Shown here: piece by piece, positions 19,706 to 30,446 of the stretch | How the letters are laid out: each line of letters opens with the position of its first letter | Numbering within the stretch: the stretch's first letter is position 1 | NCBI GenBank assembly: GCA_963789395.1 | Contig: CAWBKP010000019.1 | Location: forward strand, 96,001 to 160,000 | Length of the DNA: 64,000 nt | Direction: 5' to 3' | DNA from: an uncultured delta proteobacterium | Lineage (GTDB): Bacteria > Desulfobacterota > Desulfobacteria > Desulfobacterales > Desulfatirhabdiaceae | Notes under the pieces: generated by a model | The model's input: only the letters and a program-made list of their open reading frames with translations | What the model was told of the DNA's origin: nothing | Database searches by the model: none | Made by a program: the position numbers and the translations under genes

Positions 19706-21812
19706 ATGGAAATCGCCACACAGAATTTGTTTTCAGGACAGATTGCCCGTTTTACGCGAAGCGCGGACATCTTAATGGCGGTAGCGGTCATCGCCATACT
19801 GATGATCATGGTCGTGCCGCTGCCATCCGTCATGCTGGATCTGCTGCTTTCTTTCAATATCACATTTTCATTGGTGATCCTGCTGGTCGGCATGTATATC
19901 CGAAAGCCTCTGGAGTTGTCCTCATTTCCCTCCATTCTTCTGGTGACCACCTTGTTCAGGCTCTCGCTGAATGTGGCTTCCACACGGATGATTCTGCTTC
20001 ATGGCAATGAAGGAACGGATGCTGCGGGAAAAGTGATCATGGCCTTTGGCAATTTCGTCGTCGGCGGCAATTATCTGGTCGGCGTGATTGTCTTTCTGAT
20101 TCTGGTCGTCATCAATTTTATGGTCATTACCAAAGGTGCGGGACGAATCGCTGAAGTTGCGGCCCGGTTTACCCTGGATGCCATGCCGGGCAAACAGATG
20201 AGTATCGATGCGGATTTAAACGCCGGACTCATCAACGATCAGGAAGCCAAGGTCAGGCGTCGACTGGTTGCCCATGAAGCCGAATACTACGGTGCAATGG
20301 ACGGCGCCAATAAATTCGTGCGGGGGGATGCCATCGCCGGCATTCTGATCACCCTGATCAATATTATCGCGGGCCTGGGAATCGGCGTTTTTCAGCACGG
20401 CATGAACTTTTCCGATGCCGCCCAGAATTATACGCTGCTGACCGTGGGCGATGGACTGGTCAGCCAGATCCCGGCCCTGATCATCTCCACGGCGGCAGGT
20501 ATTATTGTCAGCCGGGCAGGATCCGAATCGAGCATGGGAAAAGAAATCACTTCCCAGCTACTGGTTCAGCCCCGCGCCATCGGTGTTGCCAGTTCCGTCC
20601 TGTTCGGATTTGCCTTGATTCCCGGGCTTCCGACCCTTCCTTTTTTGACGCTTTCGGCTTTGACCGGCAGCCTTGCGTTTATCCTTTCAAAATCATCCCG
20701 GGCTGAGAATGAGAAGGAAGAGCAGAGAGGTCAGGCGGCAGCGGCCAAAGCCAGATCGCCTGAAGCGCTTAAACTCATGCCTCCGCTGGACATTCTCGCA
20801 CTTGAAGTGGGGTACGGTTTGATTCCGATGGTAGATGCCGCCCAGAACGGAGAGCTTCTGGAGCGCATCAAATCCGTTCGCCGGCAGATTGCCCAGGATA
20901 TCGGCATTCTGGTTCCGTCGGTTCATATTCAGGACAATATGCAGCTGAAACCGGGGGAATATTCGATTTTACTGAAAGGCAACGAAGTCGCAAAAGGCGA
21001 TCTGATGATCAATCATTATCTGGCCTTGAATCCGGGCATGACCCAGGAAAAAATAGAAGGCATACCTACCAAGGAGCCGACATTCGGGCTTCCAGCATAC
21101 TGGATAAAAGAGCAGGAAAAAGAAACTGTCATGGGAAAAGGATTTACGGTGGTGGATCTTCCGACAGTGCTGACCACCCACCTGACCGATGTCATTAAAA
21201 AACATGCGCATGAGTATCTGGGAAGACAGGAAGTCCAGCAGCTCCTGGATACGCTAAAAGAAGCTTATCCGCGGATTGTTGAAGAACTGGTGCCCAATCT
21301 GCTTCCGCTGGGAGCGGTGGTGAAAGTTCTTCAAAATCTATTGGTCGAACAGGTTCCCATCCGGGATCTGTTGACCATTTTGGAAACCCTTGCGGACTGG
21401 GCGCCGGTAACAAAAGATCTGGATATGTTGACTGAATATGTTCGACATGGTCTGGCCCGGACCATTACCCGTCTTTATGCCTCACCGGAAGGCAGCCTGA
21501 CACTGATGACAATGGATCATTCGATCGAGAACCTGATGCTGCAATCCCTTCAGCAGAGTGCTCAGGGCAGCTTTCTGTCCATTGAGCCGGAGATTACGCA
21601 GAAAATCATCAGGCAAATTGCCAGTAAACCTTGAAAAGTTTACTTCTCAGAACCTTCAGCCGATTATCCTGTGTTCAGCGCAGGTGAGATTGCATTTAAG
21701 AAAGCTGGTGGACCGGTTTATCCCAAACCTGGTGGTATTGTCCTATAATGATATTCTATCCAGTATTCGAATTCAATCCTTGGGAATAGTGAGACTGACC
21801 GATGCAGATTAA
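19706..21812 (+). CDS. flhA: Flagellar export protein FlhA (frameshift at ~21628)
   Basis: RIAEVAARFTLDAMPGKQMSIDADL, GAMDGANKFVRGDA; C-terminus continues in ORF 21558-21812. Confidence 0.96.
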
Positions 21813-23276
21813 ACGATTTGAAGCGCCATCGATGACTGAGGCATTGCGGTTGATAAAAAAAGAATTCGGACCGGATGCGGTGATTCTCTCTGCGCGAAGT
21901 CTGAGTCGGGAAAAAAGCCTTTTTGGCATTAAAAAGCCCGCTGGCATTGAAGTGACGGCCGCAACCGACACCTTGAACGACGCCATGGAGACTCAGGCTG
22001 TAGAGACATGTGCGGTTTCCACCGCTGCAGGCGGGGTTCCCAGTGCGTTAAAAGGGCGGAAAATTTCTGTTCGCATTGATGATCCCATCGGCAAACAGGG
22101 CCTGATGAATACTATCCAGACGGGTTTGAAATCACTGTCCATGCGAAAAAACACGCAGTCGGGGTCTGATGGGCTGAAAGAAAGCTTCAAGGAAAAATTT
22201 AAAAGCCATTTTACGCGTCAAGGGGTGGAGGATTTTTTTATTCAAGAGCTGTTGGCGGTATTCACCCAAAAAATTCGGTTCGGAAATGGAATGGGGGAGC
22301 CAGGACTTTATTCAGGTCTGCTGGAGGTGTTTTCAGAAATGGGAATATCCGTAAAATTCCTGAAAACCGCGGCACCTGCCCGCAGATTCATGGATTTGTC
22401 GGTCCTGCCGGAGGCGGAAAAACTTCCGCCATGGCCCGGCTGACAGCAATTTATATTCATCAATACAGACAGAAAGTCGGCTGGATAACCTTTGACACCA
22501 ACCGGGTTGCCGCAGCCGCCCAGCTTCACGTTTATGGAAAGATTATCGGTGTTCCCGTCGAGTTGGCTGCCACTGTCAAGGAGCTTCAAATCGTCCCTGA
22601 GTCGTTTTTCAGCAGATGGATCATATTTTTATTGATACGCCTGGTATGGGAATCCGTGACCCGCGGCATGATAGCTGAAATGGCTGAAATTCTGAAACAT
22701 GCCCATATCGATAGGGTGCATCTTGTGGCCAGTGCTTCAACAAAAAATGAGGATTTGATCCAGATCGTGAAAGCCTATCACGCGTTGTCCGTAAACAGCC
22801 TGATTGTCTCAAAACTGGATGAAAGCCAGACCTATGGCAATGTATTCAATCTGCTGATGCGCTCCAAACTTCCAGTTTCCTATTTTACCAGTGGTCAGGC
22901 AATTCCGCAAAGCCTTGAAAAAGCCACGCTTGAAAAAGTTGCGGAACTGATTCTGAATCCGGACAGGGAAAGCAAGCCCTGGCATGTGCCGCCCGGAAAA
23001 ACAGCGGAAATCATTCCCTATGCCAAAAGCAATTCTCGCCGGTTCCGGGACCATTATGTGGCCAATCATAACTCCATTCTGTTTCATCATCCCGATTGTG
23101 CCTGGGCCAAACGCATCAAACCCGAAAACAGGATTGTATTTGAAAGCATTGAAGATGCGGCTTCAAAGGAATATATCCCCTGCAAAACCTGTTGCAGTCA
23201 TATTCCGGAGATTCAGGATACGGCCGAGGTCGAAGTGCACCGGGTCGGAAACGGCCAACCCTATTATTCAAGATAA
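21802..23276 (+). CDS. flhF: Flagellar SRP-type GTPase FlhF with a C-terminal Ada-type Zn-binding domain (several indels)
   Basis: MQIKRFEAPSMTEAL..GPDAVILS; GPAGGGKTS, DTPG (read in a shifted frame), SKLDE, GQAIP; extra C-terminal HHPDC..PCKTC. Confidence 0.9.
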
Positions 23277-23285
23277 GGTAATCAT

Positions 23286-24197
23286 ATGACGACGGGTTCA
23301 ACAAATAATGTCATCAGTCTGACGCGGAAACTGGCAGCCAAAAACACAACGGCCTCTGCCCAGTCGGAAAAAGGCTCCCGCACACGGGTAATCGCCATTT
23401 CCAGCGGCAAGGGAGGGGTCGGGAAAACCAATATCGTCGCCAACCTCGGCATTTCCCTGTCTCAACTTGGCAAGAAGGTCATGATTTTTGACGCGGATCT
23501 GGGGTTGGGAAATCTGGATATTCTTCTGGGACTGACGCCAAAATACAATTTTTCTCATGTCGCCCTTGGAGAAAAAACACTTTCGGAAATTATCGTCGAG
23601 GGGCCGTGCAATATCAAAATCCTTCCGGCTTCCTCGGGGATTCAGGAAATGGCCAATCTGTCCAAAGCACAGACCGCGGACCTTCTCAGTGAACTGTATG
23701 CGGTCATCGACCCCATTGATATCCTTCTGATCGATACGGCAGCCGGGATATCCTCAAATGTCATGTATTTCAATGCAATCGCCCAGGAAGTTCTGGTGGC
23801 GGTATCGCCTGAACCCACGTCCATCACCGATGCCTATGCGCTGATGAAAATCCTGTCCATCCGTTATGGCGTGAAGCAGTTCAAGCTGGTGGTCAACATG
23901 GTCAGTGATATTCAGGAAGCCCATGAAGTTTACCGGCAACTGAAGCTGGTTGCCGAGCGGTTCCTGGACATTGCCATCGAGTATATCGGCCATGTGTCCT
24001 ATGATAAAAACGTCACACGAGGGGTCAGGCAGCAAAAAGCCGTATGTGACCTGTATCCGGATACGCAGGCCAGCCGATGTTTCAATTCACTGGCCGTAAA
24101 ATTGTGCCAGTCGCCGCTGGCTGGATCTCCCCCCAAGAATACGCGGCTGTTCTGGCAGGAGCTGATCACCAATAAACAGGATTTCACCAGGCCGTGA
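23286..24197 (+). CDS. flhG: MinD-like ATPase FlhG/FleN
   Basis: SSGKGGVGKTN, DADLGLGN, PEPTSITDAYA. Confidence 0.95.
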   Translation: MTTGSTNNVISLTRKLAAKNTTASAQSEKGSRTRVIAISSGKGGVGKTNIVANLGISLSQLGKKVMIFDADLGLGNLDILLGLTPKYNFSHVALGEKTLSEIIVEGPCNIKILPASSGIQEMANLSKAQTADLLSELYAVIDPIDILLIDTAAGISSNVMYFNAIAQEVLVAVSPEPTSITDAYALMKILSIRYGVKQFKLVVNMVSDIQEAHEVYRQLKLVAERFLDIAIEYIGHVSYDKNVTRGVRQQKAVCDLYPDTQASRCFNSLAVKLCQSPLAGSPPKNTRLFWQELITNKQDFTRP

Positions 24198-24245
24198 TGC
24201 GCTGTTTTGATTGCCGGATCACGGCTGCTGAAAAGAGAAGACGAA

Positions 24246-25006
24246 ATGAATCTATCTGCCGCAAGTATGACTGCAAGTCCTTATAGGGACGAGGAGATGA
24301 CACGGGGCCGGTTGATTACGGAATACCTTCCGTTTGTCAAACGAATCGTTCATCGAATGGCTGTTCACCTGCCCGCGCATGTGGATGTGGAGGATCTGAT
24401 GAATGCCGGTGTTATCGGGCTGATTCAGTCCATAGACCGCTACGACCCTGCAAGGGATAATACCCTGGCGACATTCGCATCGTTTCGCATTCGCGGCGCC
24501 GTATTAAGCGAACTTCGATCCCGGGATGTGCTTTCCCGCGGCAATCGGAAAAAAGTTCGGGAAATGCAGCAGACCTGGTTGATCTGGAGAAAAAACAAGG
24601 AAGAGAGGTTGAAGACTGGGAGGTTGCCAGGGAACTGGGGATGAGCATGGATGAATTTGACGGGTTGCAGCGTATGGCAGGCATTTCATTTGTCAGCATG
24701 GATGATATGGATTCTCCGTCAAACAGTGAAAAGGAAAAACTGCTCAGTCATTTTATGAGCGGTGATGATCAGGATGCGCTGATGTTGACCCGGGCTTCGG
24801 AGATCAGAGCGGCGCTTGCAAAAGCCATCGACGAGCTGTCTGACAGGGAAAGAATGGTTATTTCGCTGTACTATGTGGATGAGCTGACATTAAAGGAAAT
24901 TGGCGAGGTCATGAATTTAACCGAATCCAGAATCTCTCAGATCCATTCGGCCGTGATTATCCGACTGAGAAAAAAACTCGTCAAGAATGGCATCCTGGAT
25001 AATTGA
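24246..25006 (+). CDS. fliA: RNA polymerase sigma28 factor FliA (one frameshift at ~24578)
   Basis: EDLMNAGVIGL, FRIRGAVLSELR, ELTLKEIGEVMNLTESRISQIHS. Confidence 0.94.
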
Positions 25007-25046
25007 CAGGCATTGAGATCGGTAATGTCAAAATGTTCAAGGGAAC

Positions 25047-25060
25047 GTCAATAAAATGAC
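25047..25060. promoter_or_regulatory. Second putative FleQ-type box GTCAATAAAATGAC
   Basis: GTCA-N6-TGAC palindrome in the intergenic gap after fliA; near-identical to the FleQ consensus GTCAATAAATTGAC. Confidence 0.5.
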
Positions 25061-25075
25061 GTCGGGAGTGCAGTC

Positions 25076-25384
25076 ATGAATACAAATTCCATCGAGCGTC
25101 AACAGACCAATACCGGGATTGCATCCACTGCCAGATTGAAACGGATTCAAAAAGATCGGCAGCGCCGTCCGCCCGGACAGATGCGGCGAAATGGCCAGGA
25201 ACCTCCGGATTCGGATTCTGACCAAAATTCCGAACCCAAACCCCATTTTTTCTCCGGCGATATGCAAGAGGATATTTGCCTGAGAAATGAGATCGGGGAT
25301 ATTTTCAGGAAAACGGCCCTTTTGCAGCGGAATCAGCGGGCCAACGATCAGGAACAGGGACTGCAAGTTGATGTTGTCATCTAA
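25076..25384 (+). CDS. Hypothetical flagellar-operon protein (102 aa)
   Basis: GGAG RBS; charged low-complexity body; C-terminal GLQVDVVI motif. Confidence 0.6.
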   Translation: MNTNSIERQQTNTGIASTARLKRIQKDRQRRPPGQMRRNGQEPPDSDSDQNSEPKPHFFSGDMQEDICLRNEIGDIFRKTALLQRNQRANDQEQGLQVDVVI

Positions 25385-25405
25385 TTTTATTAAGGAAACG
25401 AGGCC

Positions 25406-25858
25406 ATGACACCTGCCACACTCATGAATTGGGAAGTCTATCTGGATGCAGCCGGGATTTGCTGCTGCATCTTGAGCGTTCTGTATCTCATCAGACTGAA
25501 ACATAAAGCTGCAACCAAAAACCGTATCCCGGATCCGGCCCAGCTGGAAGATATCGGCCCGTTTAAGGCTACGCCGTTAGATCTGCCTGCGAACATGACT
25601 TTTGACGGGGTACTGACCTCGATCACAAATGACTGCCGAATGACTGTTGATGCAGGAGGTAGGGCCAGGGGAACTGCTGCGGATCCTTATGATGAAGTCA
25701 GGCGGCTTCTGAACCTGGGAATGGCGCCGCATCAGATTGCAGAGCGGATAAAAATTCCCCGGTGCGAAATCGATCTGATTGTCAGTTTGCGCAGGATTCA
25801 GCCGGATACGGTTTCAGACAACCCAGCTGAAAAAGAATACAGCGCAGCTCTGGCATAG
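25406..25858 (+). CDS. Membrane-anchored protein with C-terminal HTH-like domain (DUF2802/DUF6115/SwrB-like)
   Basis: N-terminal TM; C-terminal VRRLLNLGMAPHQIAERIKIPRCEIDLIVSL. Confidence 0.7.
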   Translation: MTPATLMNWEVYLDAAGICCCILSVLYLIRLKHKAATKNRIPDPAQLEDIGPFKATPLDLPANMTFDGVLTSITNDCRMTVDAGGRARGTAADPYDEVRRLLNLGMAPHQIAERIKIPRCEIDLIVSLRRIQPDTVSDNPAEKEYSAALA

Positions 25859-25866
25859 TTTGTGCT
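25851..25866 (+). promoter_or_regulatory. Sigma54 promoter of flgFGAHIJ
   Basis: TGGCATAGTTTGTGCT, GG-N10-GC, ~85 nt before flgF. Confidence 0.75.
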
Positions 25867-25950
25867 TCTATAAATTCGTAAGTTCCGGTGTTGATGAGTA
25901 ACCCATCTTATCAATGTGAGAATTTACGAATTTTTTATTGAGAGGTCGGC

Positions 25951-26703
25951 ATGAGTGGCGAAATATCCGGTATTTTATCTGGCGCTCGGGCTCAGGAAAT
26001 AAGGCTGGAGGTCCTGTCCAACAACATGGCCAATGTCAATACCGTGGGATTCAAGGGAGACCGGGTGTTTCGAATTCCCGCGACGTCTACGTCCGTCCCG
26101 GAAGAAATTTCCGGAGCATCCCTTGCAGACAACCCCCTGAGCGATTCTTCGAATCCGCCAGTCTGTACGTTTACCGATTTTGAACAGGGTCATATGAAAG
26201 GGACCGGAAATGCGCTGGATATGGCTCTGGACGGGGAAGGATTCTTCTCAATCCAGACGCCGCAAGGCATTCAATATACGCGAAAAGGAAATTTTGCTCT
26301 GAATTCGAATGGAACCCTGGTAACCCAGGAAGGATACCCGGTTCTGGGTAAAGGCGGCAGTGAAATTCTGATCTCCGGCCAGGAGGTTGTTGTGGGTGCC
26401 GGTGGTGCCATAGTTGTTGATGGCATAGAAGTGGATTCCTTCAATATCGTAGATTTTGAAAATAAAAAAGGGTTGTTGAAAAATGGCGATTCCCTCTTCA
26501 GCCCCATTGATCCCAATGATAAAGGTTCACCAGCGGAGAAGACCCTGGTTCAGCAGGGATTCATTGAAGCATCCAATGTGGATTCCATCAAGGCAATGAC
26601 CGAGATGATCGATGTGATCCGGGGATATGAATCCTATCAGAAGATTCTTCAATCCATGAATGAAACCAATAGTAAAACCAATGAAATCGGAAAACTGTCA
26701 TGA
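25951..26703 (+). CDS. flgF: Flagellar basal-body rod protein FlgF
   Basis: NNMANVNTVGFK, YTRKGNF, IEASNVD; precedes flgG. Confidence 0.93.
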   Translation: MSGEISGILSGARAQEIRLEVLSNNMANVNTVGFKGDRVFRIPATSTSVPEEISGASLADNPLSDSSNPPVCTFTDFEQGHMKGTGNALDMALDGEGFFSIQTPQGIQYTRKGNFALNSNGTLVTQEGYPVLGKGGSEILISGQEVVVGAGGAIVVDGIEVDSFNIVDFENKKGLLKNGDSLFSPIDPNDKGSPAEKTLVQQGFIEASNVDSIKAMTEMIDVIRGYESYQKILQSMNETNSKTNEIGKLS

Positions 26704-26800
26704 CAATCAATATAAAAGAAGCAGGTATTGATCGGCAATCAGGAGACCCGTTTCCTGCTTCGATCAGCGCCTGCTGCGTTCAATCCACAAGGAGGCCATA

Positions 26801-27589
26801 ATGTCCCGGGCGTTATCCATAGCTGCATCCGGAATGCAGGCACAGTCATTGAACATCGATGTGATTTCAAACAACCTTGCCAATGTCAGTACAACCGGCT
26901 TTAAACGCAGCCGGGCGGATTTTCAGGATCTGCTCTATCAAAACCTTCGTCCGGCGGGGGCCACTTCATCGTCCGGCAATCAGGTGCCGACCGGAATCCA
27001 GCTCGGACAGGGTACAAGGCCGGTGGCGACTCAGAAAATCTTTATTCAGGGGAATTATCAGAACACCGGAAATGAGCTGGATATGGCCATTGAAGGCAGC
27101 GGTTTTTTTCAGATCATGCAGCCGAATGGAGAAATCGCCTACAGCCGCGCGGGCGCTTTCAAACTGAACAGCGAGGGGAAAATCGTGACTTCGGACGGAT
27201 ACCCCCTGGAGCCTGAAATCACTGTTCCCAGCAACAGCATTTCGGTAACCATCGGAATGGATGGAACTGTGTCCGTGCTAAAGGCCGGAGAGAGTGCACC
27301 GTCTGAAATCGGTACCATCGAACTGGCACAGTTTCCGAATCCGGCCGGGCTCAACAGTATCGGCAGAAATCTCTATTTGAATACCGCTGCCTCCGGTGAA
27401 GTGACAACCGGAACGGCCGGCAAAGAAGGCAGAGGAACCCTGTCTCAAGGCAGTTTGGAGATGTCGAATGTCAGCGTGGTGGATGAAATGGTCAATATGA
27501 TTACCGCCCAGCGGGCTTATGAAATCAACAGCAAATCGATTCAAGCGGCTGATGAGATGCTGCAGATGGCCAATAATCTGAAACGGTAG
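26801..27589 (+). CDS. flgG: Flagellar distal rod protein FlgG
   Basis: [35 protein letters not shown]. Confidence 0.97.
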   Translation: MSRALSIAASGMQAQSLNIDVISNNLANVSTTGFKRSRADFQDLLYQNLRPAGATSSSGNQVPTGIQLGQGTRPVATQKIFIQGNYQNTGNELDMAIEGSGFFQIMQPNGEIAYSRAGAFKLNSEGKIVTSDGYPLEPEITVPSNSISVTIGMDGTVSVLKAGESAPSEIGTIELAQFPNPAGLNSIGRNLYLNTAASGEVTTGTAGKEGRGTLSQGSLEMSNVSVVDEMVNMITAQRAYEINSKSIQAADEMLQMANNLKR

Positions 27590-27631
27590 CCCGGTCAATT
27601 ATCGCGTGCTTTAAATGAGCAGAGGAGAATC

Positions 27632-28444
27632 ATGATCATCAAGAAAATCGTCCGAAAACATCCGTGGTTGCGGGAATGGTTCGGGGTGGTCCTGTTTGGG
27701 GTAGTGACCATGCTGTTAATATTTGGTAATATCGGCGAAGCCGCCGAACCGAAATTGCCCCTCGTGGCCCATTCCGCAAAATCCGAAACGGAAGATAGCG
27801 CCTCCATTGAAATCACCCGGGAAATGATTGAGGATATCGTGGTCGATTTTCTGCATACGAAAATTCCCTGGGAAAAAAACCGGGTAACGATAAAAATCGT
27901 TCAGGCCAGCAACGGCTTGGTGCTTCCGAATCGGCCTTATTCCTACAAAGTGATTCCACCCAACAAAACCGTTTACTTGGGAACGGTTCCCCTGAGAATT
28001 GTTTTTGATGTCTTTGGACAGCCATCCAGAAAGGTGTCGGCAACCGTGAAGATTGGGGTGGAAACCGATGCCATCATTGTTCAGAAACCGATAGATCGAA
28101 ATCAGACCATTGAAAAAGACGATGTGACCATCGTATCAATGGATATGGCGGATCTGCCCTCCAATATCATTTCCCGCCTGGAGGATGCCGTGGGCAAAAA
28201 AGCACTGAGAGTCATAAATCCGAAAGAAGTCCTGCGCGCCGATATTATAGAAGAACCGCCGATGGTCAGGCGCAATGACGTGGTATCGATTGTCGCAGAA
28301 TCCGGATCGATACGGATCACAGCCACGGGAGAAGTCAAGGAAAGCGGGTGCAGGGGAGCACGTATCAAAGTGGTGAATCTGAGTTCCAACAAGGAAGTGA
28401 TCGCCCGTGTAATGGATTCCAAGATGGTTCAAGTGGAATTCTGA
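27632..28444 (+). CDS. flgA: P-ring formation chaperone FlgA
   Basis: SAF domain, VRRNDVV..G..IKVVNLSSNKEV; between flgG and flgH. Confidence 0.9.
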   Translation: MIIKKIVRKHPWLREWFGVVLFGVVTMLLIFGNIGEAAEPKLPLVAHSAKSETEDSASIEITREMIEDIVVDFLHTKIPWEKNRVTIKIVQASNGLVLPNRPYSYKVIPPNKTVYLGTVPLRIVFDVFGQPSRKVSATVKIGVETDAIIVQKPIDRNQTIEKDDVTIVSMDMADLPSNIISRLEDAVGKKALRVINPKEVLRADIIEEPPMVRRNDVVSIVAESGSIRITATGEVKESGCRGARIKVVNLSSNKEVIARVMDSKMVQVEF

Positions 28445-28473
28445 ACCGGCGTGTTTTGATTGAGGAGGTCGGG

Positions 28474-29169
28474 ATGATAAAGAAATCGTTTGGGGCGTGT
28501 GGATGGCTGTGTTTTCTGTTGATGGGATTCTTCTGGGGGTGCGCCGCCCCGGCAAGGCAGGCTCAGCCGATGATTGAACAGCCGGTATACATGGCGGCTG
28601 AAACACCACAGCCGACTGCCGACGGATCTTTGTGGCAGGAGAATGGGACCATGGGAGAGCTCTTTGTCAACCCGAAGGCCAGACGGGTTGGGGATATCGT
28701 CACCATAAAAATCGTGGAGTCCTCCAAAGCCTCCAACAATGCCTCTACCAATACCGGCAGGGATTCATCTGTGTCTATCGGGTTAGACCAGTTTCTGGGT
28801 TTTGAAAATGACTTTACGCCCAACAATCAGGTTGCCAAGATTTCAGGCAAAACCTCTAACAAGTTTACCGGCGAGGGGGGGACGAGCCGCAGCGGCAACT
28901 TGAATGCATATATCACCACAAGGGTGATCGGGGTATTACCGAGCGGGAACCTGGCTATTTCCGGATCCAGGGAGGTCATTGTCAATAATGAAAAACAATT
29001 GATTGTGGTAACCGGCGTGATCCGGCCCAGGGATATTTCATCTGAAAATGTGGTTCTCTCAACGTTCATTTCCGATGCCAGGATCGCATACAGCGGATCG
29101 GGAATTGTTAATGATCAGCAGCGCAAAGGCTGGCTGGCCAATATTCTGGATGTCATTTCCCCGTTCTGA
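28474..29169 (+). CDS. flgH: Flagellar L-ring lipoprotein FlgH
   Basis: Lipobox FWGC, GSLW, ARRVGDIVTI, GVIRPRDI. Confidence 0.95.
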   Translation: MIKKSFGACGWLCFLLMGFFWGCAAPARQAQPMIEQPVYMAAETPQPTADGSLWQENGTMGELFVNPKARRVGDIVTIKIVESSKASNNASTNTGRDSSVSIGLDQFLGFENDFTPNNQVAKISGKTSNKFTGEGGTSRSGNLNAYITTRVIGVLPSGNLAISGSREVIVNNEKQLIVVTGVIRPRDISSENVVLSTFISDARIAYSGSGIVNDQQRKGWLANILDVISPF

Positions 29170-29251
29170 CAATCATGAACAGGTAACGGGTCATGGGCGG
29201 GAGATGCTGTTTTCTCGGGCCATGACCGTAGAACGTGATACCGGTGATTTT

Positions 29252-30376
29252 ATGAAAAAAACATGCGCAAAGAATCGATCGATCCGGATCCAGGTGGGAC
29301 TATCCCTGGTCTTTCTCCTTGGTCTTGCTACCAGTGCGGATGCGGTACGGATCAAGGACATTACCCAAATCCAGGGGGTTCGTCAAAATCAGCTCGTGGG
29401 TTACGGTCTGGTTGTAGGATTAAACGGGACCGGCGACGGGGATAAATCCAGATTCACGATTCAGTCCCTGGTCAGCATGCTTGAAAAAATGGGGATGACG
29501 GTGGATCCGATCACGATCAAGGTGAAAAACGTTGCAGCCGTGATGATTACCGCCAATATGCAGCCATTTGCCAGGCAGGGTACGCGAATGGATGTGACGG
29601 TCAGTTCCATCGGAGATGCAAAAGACCTCCAGGGAGGAACCCTGCTGTTTACGCCGTTAAAGGCAGCCGATGGGCAGACGTATGCAGTGGCCCAGGGAGC
29701 GGTCAGTACCGGCGGGTTTTCTGCTCAGGGAGCCGGCGGCGGCACGCAAAAAAACTTTCCCACTGTGGGCCGCGTTGTCGGCGGCGCGCTGATTGAAAAA
29801 GAAGTGCCGGCCACTTTCAATAATAAAGAAAGTCTGCTGCTTGCGTTGAACCATCAGGATTTTACAACAGCCACCCGGGTTGCCGAATCCATCAATGCGG
29901 CTTTTCTGTCTTCGATAGCCACTACATCGGATTCTGGCAGCGTCGAAGTGCGTGTTCCCGCCAAATACACCGATAATGTGGTCGGTTTTGTAACTGTCAT
30001 CGAGTCTTTGGCAGTTACCCCGGATGTGGAATCGAAAGTGGTTGTCAATGAACGGACCGGTACGGTCGTGATCGGTGAAAATGTCCGGATTTCGAAAGTC
30101 GCCATTGCGCACGGAAATCTGAGCATACAGATTAAAGAATCGGCCGATGTTTCGCAGCCTCTGCCATTTGCAAGAGGGCAGACGGTGGTAACCCCGGATA
30201 CAAATATTTCGGTAAAAGAAGAAAAAAACCCGATCATTCTGATGGAAACCGGTGCCAGTATCGGGGAGATTGTCCGGGCGCTGAATGCCCTGGGAGTCAC
30301 GCCACGCGATTTGATTTCCATTTTTCAGGCCCTCCAGACAGCCGGTGCGCTGCATGCCAAGCTGGAGATCATGTAA
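29252..30376 (+). CDS. flgI: Flagellar P-ring protein FlgI
   Basis: RIKDI..GVRQNQLVGYGLVVGLNGTGD, NERTGTVV. Confidence 0.97.
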   Translation: MKKTCAKNRSIRIQVGLSLVFLLGLATSADAVRIKDITQIQGVRQNQLVGYGLVVGLNGTGDGDKSRFTIQSLVSMLEKMGMTVDPITIKVKNVAAVMITANMQPFARQGTRMDVTVSSIGDAKDLQGGTLLFTPLKAADGQTYAVAQGAVSTGGFSAQGAGGGTQKNFPTVGRVVGGALIEKEVPATFNNKESLLLALNHQDFTTATRVAESINAAFLSSIATTSDSGSVEVRVPAKYTDNVVGFVTVIESLAVTPDVESKVVVNERTGTVVIGENVRISKVAIAHGNLSIQIKESADVSQPLPFARGQTVVTPDTNISVKEEKNPIILMETGASIGEIVRALNALGVTPRDLISIFQALQTAGALHAKLEIM

Positions 30377-30446
30377 ACGGGAGTTTTTCACGCAAAAGAG
30401 CATGGGATAGACAGCGTAACGCTGTTCAAAAGGAAGGCGCCAGAAA

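Noticed and set aside
26720..26775. Long hairpin between flgF and flgG as an ncRNA
   Set aside because: A real stem-loop, but most simply an mRNA stability or processing element; no family recognised.
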